A stretch of 64,000 nucleotides of DNA from Clostridia bacterium. GTDB lineage: Bacteria; Bacillota; Clostridia; Christensenellales; DTU072. Below the pieces are notes generated by a model. The model did no database searches. It saw only the letters and a list, made by a program, of their open reading frames with translations, and was not told where the DNA came from. Where the stretch lies: NCBI GenBank assembly GCA_035409945.1, contig DAONQC010000006.1, positions 12,570-76,569 on the forward strand, read 5' to 3'. A program made the translations under genes and the position numbers. How positions within the stretch are numbered: position 1 is the stretch's first letter; each line of letters opens with the position of its first letter. Below are positions 27,800-34,947 of the stretch, piece by piece.

Positions 27800-28369
27800 C
27801 TATCCTATATTAACCTCGGTTAATAGTTTACATCTATGTTGTGAAAAAGTATCTGATACTCTTATTACTACATAAGGGCCACCATCTTCTCCTTCTAGGG
27901 TGTGGGCAGAAGTGACAATTCCTTTATTAAAATCAATACCATTTACTTTATATGCTATAAAGACATTATCGGGCGTGAGTACATCTTCAGCAGGGTATAA
28001 CTTGTTTGCACCATCACTTGCTTTAAAAGTAATGTTGCGAGCAATAGTCATATCTACATTTAGTGCCTTTAAGACGGCTTTAAGCTCAATCCCAGTGTAT
28101 GTTTTCTCAACTGGCTCACTAACGCTTGTATCATAAACATCTTTGAATGTTTTTTCCTCCACGCCTTCTAATGCAAGCAGTTCTTCTAAATTATATGAGC
28201 CAATCTCTTCACCATATGCAATAAGCCTTATCTTCTCTTGGGCATAGAGTTCACGTTGTGGAGCATTTGCTTTTAAGTAAAGTGGTAAAAATATGGCAAA
28301 GCCTACAATTAGTGCCGCTACTATAATTATTGCGATTATTACAGGTTTTGATAATGTTATCTTTTTCAT
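27800..28369 (-). CDS. N-terminally membrane-anchored exported protein with one copy of the operon's shared module
   Basis: TM helix PVIIAIIIVAALIVGFAIFL, then YTGIELKAVLKAL...FKASDGANKLYPAEDV...FIAYKVNG...GGPYVVIRV...KLLTEVNI. Confidence 0.55.
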   Translation of the reverse strand: MKKITLSKPVIIAIIIVAALIVGFAIFLPLYLKANAPQRELYAQEKIRLIAYGEEIGSYNLEELLALEGVEEKTFKDVYDTSVSEPVEKTYTGIELKAVLKALNVDMTIARNITFKASDGANKLYPAEDVLTPDNVFIAYKVNGIDFNKGIVTSAHTLEGEDGGPYVVIRVSDTFSQHRCKLLTEVNIG

Positions 28370-28590
28370 GAATTATCCCTTCCTTGCACGGATTTACACT
28401 TTCCGCGGGTTTTGATGATGTTATTTTTATTGAACCCTCTTCATATAGTCAGGTCTTTGTCTAATGTCTGTTTTGGTAGCGTTATTATTGTATCAATCTC
28501 TCCTAGAGGCTTTCAGCTAGTTTCTGTTTTGATAGTGCTGTTTTTATTAATTTCTCCTAGAGGTGTTTTTCATAGGTTATAGAAGTATAG
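28345..28590 (-). repeat. 5' echo: RBS plus first codons of the 27800-28369 gene, with three decayed upstream copies
   Basis: GTTTTG anchors at 28345, 28409, 28470 and 28526 (periods 64/61/56). Sense strand reads AGGGATAATTCATGAAAAAGATAACATTATCAAAAC versus AGGAGAAATTAATAAAAACAGCACTATCAAAAC and similar. Confidence 0.8.
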
Positions 28591-28600
28591 TTATTTCGTA

Positions 28601-30142
28601 TTAGTTATTGAAGACGAAGTAGGGCACATACATATCTTGATAGTCGAAGTAGCCGTGAGCGCCGTAAATATTCCCATCTTCATTGACAAATTCCATGTGT
28701 CCGTGGTCGGAAACCACAATTACTTTGCCATCAAATTGCATTTTTAAGTCTTTAACATAACTGTCTATTTCAATACATTTAATTTTAGCTTCTTGGCTTA
28801 ATGGACCATACTGGTGATTTACATCATCGATTTCATGGAAGTGCACAACGATTAAATCTGTCCCTTCGCTAATTGCGGTCTTGGCATTTTCATATGCCTC
28901 GTTATCGCTTAAAGAGTATATAGGGTCAATGCTGGTTATTATTAAATTCCCATTACCTTCTATATATTTCATCTTTATTTCTCTGTCATCAAACTCATAC
29001 ATATATTTTGCGAGGTAAAACACATCTGGGGGATAGGGTTTAAGTACAGCTCGGGTTTTATTAACGCTAAAATTAATACCAGTATGGCTAGGAGGCTGAC
29101 CTGTCAGCATTGATGCTAGAGCAACGGGAGATATAGCGTTGTATGTCGAAGTTGCGCATCCTTTAGATAGTGAGGCTTTTAAAATATCTAAATCGTTTTC
29201 GTATATGTTTGCCTGAATCCAAGAAAACCCATCGGTAATAATTAGCATAACTTTTTCGCTACTCTCTCCTGAAGTTTTCATCTCATCAAACACATCAAGA
29301 ATTGTCTTAGTTGCGTTAGTTGCGATACCTTTTATGCCATCTCCTGTATCTTTAACAATGATGTTTCTCCTTCGCCAAGCAAGTAAGGTATTGTCTGCAT
29401 TTTTAATAATATTTCCATTTGCTAAATACAAAACATTATTGTCTCTACCCGTGAATGAGTTCACAGTCATAGTGTCGGGCATATATTTATCAGCTCTATT
29501 TTTACCCATTATATTTTCTGCAGTCTTTGAAAACAGTTTTAGTTTTGCTTCCCCATATGTTATGAAATCAGTTTTTTCTTCTGTTAATATTTTGAGTCCA
29601 GGGGCATAGCGTAACCTGTAATCATTGGGGGTATTAGATAGGTCTTTTAATGGCTCTAGTATTTCGTTTGGATCTTTTGCGATTACAGTTATTTCGGAGA
29701 CGTTTTTAATATTTGTGCATTTTGGATAATTAGGTGCATGAACGTTAATAATTCCTTCTCCATCTGAATATAGATATATTTTATCTGTAAGATTTGCATC
29801 GATAAGGGCGCTTACGCCGTCAGTAGCGGATGTAATCATGAGATAGTTTTCGCTTGCTCTTAGCAATTGATGTTCGTTAATTTCATCTAAAAATGTCTGT
29901 AAATCCCAACCTTTATTTTTAATTTCTTCCCCATCCTTTTCGTATGTATATTCAACCATCTGCTCGTCATAAGCGGTACAAGAAAAACCGGCACCAACAA
30001 TGTCTCCATCAAATAAAATATGAGCTGGGGGAGTCTCATCATTATTTGGAAGCTCATTAGTTTCAGGCTTACACGCCGTAACTGTAATCACACAAATTAA
30101 AGCCATTAAAACTAAAAGTATAAATGCAAATTTTCTTTTCAT
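28601..30142 (-). CDS. Lipoprotein: N-terminal shared module fused to an NPP/alkaline-phosphatase-superfamily phosphodiesterase
   Basis: Lipobox VTAC. DGFSW, ISPVALASMLTGQPPSHTGI, HFHEIDDVNHQYGP and VSDHGH match nucleotide pyrophosphatase/phosphodiesterase metal and nucleophile motifs. Confidence 0.7.
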   Translation of the reverse strand: MKRKFAFILLVLMALICVITVTACKPETNELPNNDETPPAHILFDGDIVGAGFSCTAYDEQMVEYTYEKDGEEIKNKGWDLQTFLDEINEHQLLRASENYLMITSATDGVSALIDANLTDKIYLYSDGEGIINVHAPNYPKCTNIKNVSEITVIAKDPNEILEPLKDLSNTPNDYRLRYAPGLKILTEEKTDFITYGEAKLKLFSKTAENIMGKNRADKYMPDTMTVNSFTGRDNNVLYLANGNIIKNADNTLLAWRRRNIIVKDTGDGIKGIATNATKTILDVFDEMKTSGESSEKVMLIITDGFSWIQANIYENDLDILKASLSKGCATSTYNAISPVALASMLTGQPPSHTGINFSVNKTRAVLKPYPPDVFYLAKYMYEFDDREIKMKYIEGNGNLIITSIDPIYSLSDNEAYENAKTAISEGTDLIVVHFHEIDDVNHQYGPLSQEAKIKCIEIDSYVKDLKMQFDGKVIVVSDHGHMEFVNEDGNIYGAHGYFDYQDMYVPYFVFNN

Positions 30143-30376
30143 TTATTTTTCCTCGTCTACTACTATGCTATCCATCTGCCTAGCACGTCGCAATTTGAAT
30201 GTGCTCTCACTAGTTCCATTATCCACTTCGCCATTTTCATTTTGTCTTTCAGATACCTGCGCATCCTTCCAATGAAATCTTATTACTTAATTAGTCATTT
30301 TCATCCATTATCCTGCCAGCTATCTCAGCCTCGTCTGTCTAAGCTTTGGCATATTTTCATTGGCCAGATTGCTATA
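30143..30376 (-). repeat. 3' echoes (about 3 copies, 80-86-nt period) of the S-component gene
   Basis: TTAGTCATCCTCATCCATTATGATGC (30377, real end) versus TTAGTCATTTTCATCCATTATCCTGCC (30291). Weaker copies lie near 30205 and 30150. Confidence 0.75.
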
Positions 30377-31318
30377 TTAGTCATCCTCATCCATTATGAT
30401 GCTAATTATTTCTGTTTCTTCTAACCAATCATCATTTACCTTTCTATCTGCTTCAGTATCTAAACTGTCCTCATCGTCTAAGTCATCTATGTCGCTATTT
30501 GAATTATTTTCCTTATGTAATTTAGTGGTGCTAGCCAAGGATTTCTTTTCTTCCAAGTGGTCATAATTGGTCTTATTATCTATTTCAGCGCTTAAATTGA
30601 CATCATTTTTAAAATCATCTACATCACTATTTGAATTGTCTTCCTTTTGCAAATCGGTGGTGTTAGATAGGTTTTTTGCCTCTTCTTTGTCGATTTCATC
30701 CCAGCTGATAGTATCTTCATCTTTTCTTTTAATAGCGACTTTTGTTTTTACTCGGGATAGTATTCCCGTTTTAACAATTGCTAGATAGACTAGATACGCG
30801 ACTACTCCTCCAAGAGCACCAGACAACGAAGCTGCGAGTAGAGTGAAAAGCAAGGGGTATATGCTTAGTCTAAAAAACAAGAGGTTAGATCCGAAGGTTC
30901 CTGCCATATTGGCTAGTATTGTAGAAAGCATAAAGTGAAGTATATTATATCCATCTCGAGGCCTATATAAAAACACAAGTTCTACAAATATCGCTGGTGT
31001 CATGTATGTCAGTGCAGTCCACACTCCGTGACTTCCGGGTGCTCCAGTTGTAACCATAACTATCGTTTGAACTGCGGATATAAGCAGGGCAGAACCGCGT
31101 TTGCCAACAAGGACAATCGAAAGGGGAAGCCAAAGCATATATAGGCCACCAGCTAAAGCTCCTCCAGGGATGCCAAGAGGGCCTGTTATCATACGCACTA
31201 AATTACCAGCTACCACTTTAAAGCCTACGCTAGCAGCAGTAAGCATAGCTAGTAATACTAGGTCAAAAATACTAAATGCTTTCAACCCTTTTAGTTTGCG
31301 TTTTATAGGTTTATCCAT
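30377..31318 (-). CDS. ECF-transporter S-component-like membrane protein with long acidic repeat tail
   Basis: About 190 aa of Gly-rich TM helices (ITGPLGIPGGALAGGLYMLW...). The 110-aa acidic C-tail contains two repeats of about 44 aa (…NTTDLQKEDNSNSDVDDF… / …STTKLHKENNSNSDIDDL…). Confidence 0.6.
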   Translation of the reverse strand: MDKPIKRKLKGLKAFSIFDLVLLAMLTAASVGFKVVAGNLVRMITGPLGIPGGALAGGLYMLWLPLSIVLVGKRGSALLISAVQTIVMVTTGAPGSHGVWTALTYMTPAIFVELVFLYRPRDGYNILHFMLSTILANMAGTFGSNLLFFRLSIYPLLFTLLAASLSGALGGVVAYLVYLAIVKTGILSRVKTKVAIKRKDEDTISWDEIDKEEAKNLSNTTDLQKEDNSNSDVDDFKNDVNLSAEIDNKTNYDHLEEKKSLASTTKLHKENNSNSDIDDLDDEDSLDTEADRKVNDDWLEETEIISIIMDEDD

Positions 31319-31417
31319 ATATGTTCTCTACTACACCGTTCTTGTAAATCTGTAATATACAAGGTTTTATCTAACTGTTGTTAACCCCATTTATAGGCTA
31401 GTTGTATTATATCTCAT

Positions 31418-31448
31418 GACACAAAGGCGCCTCAATAAAGAGGCGTCC
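31418..31448 (-). terminator. Weak intra-operon hairpin/terminator
   Basis: GGCGCCTC (31426-31433) / GAGGCGTC (31440-31447). On the minus strand it is followed by TTTGTGT. Confidence 0.35.
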
Positions 31449-31494
31449 TATTATGTTTAGTTGTGTCTAAATGAATGTGTGGATTCAATAGTTT

Positions 31495-32856
31495 TTAAGC
31501 CACCGCTTCGTTTAAAACGATTTTTGCTACCTTTTTATTGACGGACTTACTAGCGGTGCTAGTGCTATCAGATAGGTATCTTGGAGAACTGCTATCTGCT
31601 TCGAACTTTCCATCATCTGTTATTTTACCGATTGTGATGTATGCGTTATCCATATTATCAGTTTCGGTTGTATAGTTGCCTGTGGAATCATAGGATGTAA
31701 CTTTAGTTATTTCTGGTATTGTGACTTTCAGTTTTGGAGTAATATTAGATAGCTTATATGCAAGATATATTACTGAAGTTTCATTTCCCATAGAATTAAC
31801 GGTGGTCATTGTAACATTTTCTCTTGCTACTTTTTTCAAGACATCATTAGTTATTGTTTTGAGAAGAGTAGCATTATCATATAGTTCAACATTTACCTCA
31901 ACAGTGGTTAAGGGATCGTTGAATATGACTTTCGCTATTTTTTTGTTAATAGATTTACTAGAATTGCTGGTGCTGTCAGATATATATCTAGGGCCATCGG
32001 CATCTTCAACAAACTTACCGTTTTCTACAAAGCCTATTGAGATGTATGCATTAGTGATGTTTTCTGCTTCAACTAAATAATCATCGGTAGCGCGAGAAAA
32101 TACGCTAGTAATTTCTGGGAGTGTGAAATTTTTTAGTTTTGGAGTAATGTTAGATAGCTTATATGCAAGATATGTTATGGAAGTTTCTGTTCCCATAGAA
32201 TTAACAGTGGTCATTGTAACATTTTCTCTTGCTGTTTTTTTCAATTCTTTATTAGTAATGGTGCCTAAAAGGGTAAGGCTATCATACAATTCAACGTTAA
32301 CATTAACAGTGGCTAATGGGTCATTAAATATGACTTTTGCAAGTTTTTTATTAATTGATTTGCTTTCGGTACTTTGGCTGTCAGATACATATCTAGGAGA
32401 ATCTGCATCAGCTACAAACGCGCCGTCTTCTTCTAAACCTATAGTGATATATGCATTGGCAATATTTTTAGCCTCGACAATATAGTTATCTGAAGCAACA
32501 GCATAGACACTATTAATTTCTGGTAGTGTAAGGTCAAGGGCGGTAACTATGTCTGTAAGCTTATATGCAATGTATACCACCGAGGTTGTAGTGCCATAAT
32601 CGTTTACGGTATTCATACTAAGTTTATGTTGCTCAACATTTGCAAACGAAGCATTTACGGCAGTCCCTAGCAGTTCAATACCATTATATATCTCAACATT
32701 GATATTTAAATCAGCAGGAATTTGATAAGCATTCGGGGTATTATTAACATCGTCTGCTGGATCGGTTTCGACCTTATTGCATGCAAATAAAGTCATGCTT
32801 AGCACTAATACTGAAATAACAAGAAATAGTGCGAGTAATTTTTTGTTCATTTTCAT
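31495..32856 (-). CDS. Lipoprotein made of three tandem copies of the shared module
   Basis: Lipobox LFAC. Three 135-aa repeats each end ...GPRY(I/V)SDS...SKSINKK(I/L)AKVIFNDPL. Confidence 0.6.
   Translation of the reverse strand: MKMNKKLLALFLVISVLVLSMTLFACNKVETDPADDVNNTPNAYQIPADLNINVEIYNGIELLGTAVNASFANVEQHKLSMNTVNDYGTTTSVVYIAYKLTDIVTALDLTLPEINSVYAVASDNYIVEAKNIANAYITIGLEEDGAFVADADSPRYVSDSQSTESKSINKKLAKVIFNDPLATVNVNVELYDSLTLLGTITNKELKKTARENVTMTTVNSMGTETSITYLAYKLSNITPKLKNFTLPEITSVFSRATDDYLVEAENITNAYISIGFVENGKFVEDADGPRYISDSTSNSSKSINKKIAKVIFNDPLTTVEVNVELYDNATLLKTITNDVLKKVARENVTMTTVNSMGNETSVIYLAYKLSNITPKLKVTIPEITKVTSYDSTGNYTTETDNMDNAYITIGKITDDGKFEADSSSPRYLSDSTSTASKSVNKKVAKIVLNEAVA
31500..32715 (-). 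repeat. Intragenic 405-nt tandem repeat x3
   Basis: AATATGACT anchors at 31922 and 32327. Antisense shadow ORFs at 31721-32080 and 32123-32485 translate almost identically. Confidence 0.85.
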
Positions 32857-32900
32857 TTTCTTCTCTCTCCTTTGTTTATATATATTTGCCTAAAGGATTA

Positions 32901-33053
32901 GGCTATTTCCTTAAGTTTTAGTGTTGTATCACTACATCCGATTAACAATGCTTGCTAGTTCTTTATTGGCTATTTCCTTGGGTTAGTGTTATATCACTAC
33001 ATCCGATTAACAATGCTTGCTGGTTTTTATCGGCTATTTCCTTAAGCTTATTG
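32901..33053 (-). repeat. 3' echoes (2 copies, about 65-nt period) of the 438-aa lipoprotein gene
   Basis: GGCTATTTCCTTAAG... units start at 32901, 32968 and 33032; the third contains the real stop. The two echoes are about 90% identical to each other. Confidence 0.8.
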
Positions 33054-34337
33054 TTATATCTCTACATTTATGGCTTTAAATACGATTGATTTACCTTCGT
33101 AATTAAGAGTGTATTTACCATCTTCATTTTTTGTGACTTTAGCGCCTAGAATTTGCTCATATGACACATCTACTTTTGTATTATCAATTTTCGTTACCGA
33201 ATACTCTGTATAAGGTTTAAACATGTTAAGTAAAATTAGCAAATCTTTTACATTAAACGAGCCATCAGTTTTTCCATCTACATCTGGGTCATAACGTTTC
33301 ATTGCAACATCAAAAGAGACAATTGCAGAGTGAAATACAGATATAGAAAGAACATTTTTGACTGACATACCGTCAGGGAAAGCGGGACCGTCTAAAATAG
33401 GTGTTCTAGTTAGTGTCCAGCTAGCGTCAGCATCACAAATGCCAGATGTTAATATGTATGCATTGCTATATATGTCGTAGGTTGCCCATTTTTGATATTC
33501 TCTGTATGTGTCAGAGCCTGAAATATAGTCCCAAGCTACTACACTCATTTTATCTATTTCTTGTACACCTTTTAATATGTTGGTTGGACCTATCATTTTT
33601 GAAATGTCTAACCCATAGTACGTGTAGTTACCGTCACTTTCTTCTTTTGTATATTGTCCGCCATATGTAGTAGAGTTTATTTCATCAAGAGAATAGAGGG
33701 AGTATACGGTAGGAGTCTTTAGTAACTCAGTAGAAAAATCGATTTTGTATAAATATTTAACCCAGGTGTTTGCAACTTGGTCATGGAATATAGCTCTTAA
33801 AGCACCACTGCCTGATTTTATTGTTAAAACTTCGCCGTCTAATTCAAGAGCAATTACCATCTTGCTCCCACGACCATCGCTATCGAATACTTCATCAGTG
33901 GCAACTGCTACGTAGCCATCTGTTCCATAAAGGGATAAACTTCCATATACATTAATTGGAGCACTTTCTGTATAGTCAGAAAGTAAGTCTTCTAAATATA
34001 CGCCTTTAACAGTATGTGGAATTAAATTACCATCATCGTCTTGTTTATCACTTGCAACAGCGGGGTTATCTTCATCAAATATAACGGGTTTAGTTTCATA
34101 AAGTGTTTTAATTGTAGATTTCTTTATTACAACATCTTCGAGTAAATTCCCATCTACTTTCTGTAATCCAGATAGCGTAAGGGTGTAGTCATCGTCCGTA
34201 ACGGGGGCAGTGTTATTAGTATTATTGGTATTATCAGGTTCAGTATCGGGCTTATCGTTACAACCGACAAAAAATGTCATAGAAATAATGAGTGCAAATA
34301 CAATACTAAAAAGAATAACAGTCTTAAGTTTTTTCAT
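33054..34337 (-). CDS. Lipoprotein with two copies of the shared module and a dockerin/EF-hand-like segment
   Basis: Lipobox FFVGC. VKGVYLEDLL...YGTDGYVAV...IALELDGEVL...GALRAIF...NTWVKYLYKIDF, and DVDGKTDGSFNVKDLLILL. The MKKLKT start (34337) follows GGGGAG. Confidence 0.6.
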   Translation of the reverse strand: MKKLKTVILFSIVFALIISMTFFVGCNDKPDTEPDNTNNTNNTAPVTDDDYTLTLSGLQKVDGNLLEDVVIKKSTIKTLYETKPVIFDEDNPAVASDKQDDDGNLIPHTVKGVYLEDLLSDYTESAPINVYGSLSLYGTDGYVAVATDEVFDSDGRGSKMVIALELDGEVLTIKSGSGALRAIFHDQVANTWVKYLYKIDFSTELLKTPTVYSLYSLDEINSTTYGGQYTKEESDGNYTYYGLDISKMIGPTNILKGVQEIDKMSVVAWDYISGSDTYREYQKWATYDIYSNAYILTSGICDADASWTLTRTPILDGPAFPDGMSVKNVLSISVFHSAIVSFDVAMKRYDPDVDGKTDGSFNVKDLLILLNMFKPYTEYSVTKIDNTKVDVSYEQILGAKVTKNEDGKYTLNYEGKSIVFKAINVEI

Positions 34338-34500
34338 AATAAAGAGCTCCCCATAAAATAAAAAGTTCACGTTCCCACGTGAAAAGAGCTCTTTAGAAGA
34401 GAGAGTGTTCTTTTCGCAATGGAAGGGTAATCCCTTTCGAAGTTACCCCCGGTCTAAACCCATAGCATTGCCTTAGGTGTTTAGACTCGAACATGTCTAT
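34338..34500 (-). promoter_or_regulatory. Structured 5' leader (riboswitch-like, class not recognised) of the ECF-lipoprotein operon
   Basis: 8-bp helix GTCTAAAC/GTTTAGAC (34452-34459 / 34479-34486), hairpin GGGTAA...TTACCC, possible pseudoknot GCAATG/CATTGC, terminator-like TTCACGT-GGGA-ACGTGAA plus T-run (34350-34383), and AAAGAGCTC able to pair with the GAGCTCTTT overlapping the RBS. Confidence 0.5.
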
Positions 34501-34530
34501 ATGATATATAAATATACAGTATTTTGTCAA
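34501..34530 (-). promoter_or_regulatory. Putative promoter of the ECF-lipoprotein operon
   Basis: Perfect TTGACA (34525-34530, minus strand), 18-nt spacer, TATCAT (34501-34506). Confidence 0.4.
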
Positions 34531-34571
34531 GAATTAGCACTTTTTAGAGTGAGGACCTACTTACTGTTGCA

Positions 34572-34810
34572 CTTACTGCGACAACTAGCATTACCATGTT
34601 TTGCAGTCGGTTATCACACCCTGCTCGATGTCTTAGCTCCCTCTCAACTAACTATGACAACTAATATGAACCTGTCTTGCCTGATGGGCTATCTACCGCT
34701 GGCTTACTATGACAACTAACATATCGTGTCTTGCTCAATGACCTATATGCCACATAACTTACTATAACAAGTGCTATCATGTCCATGATAAATTTCTTCC
34801 AATCGCAGAT
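34572..34810 (+). repeat. Four degenerate tandem copies of the dispersed intergenic repeat
   Basis: CTTACT(G/A)(C/T)GACAACTA... units start at 34572, 34648, 34703 and 34758 (periods 76/55/55). Confidence 0.75.
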
Positions 34811-34947
34811 CTCTAAGGAAAATTATGACCGAGAACTCGCAAAAGATAGTGCGGTTTTGTTATATGCTCTAGCTTTATTACCATTTTTTTGTTGTAGTGG
34901 TATAATTATTATTAATACGGACAATCAAGAAGGCAGATGAAATTATT

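Noticed and set aside
34366-34383. parS-like sequence (CACGTGAAA)
   Set aside because: Only the central 9 nt match. The sequence is an interrupted hairpin (TTCACGT-TCCC-ACGTGAA), not the uninterrupted 16-bp parS palindrome. It fits better as the leader terminator stem.
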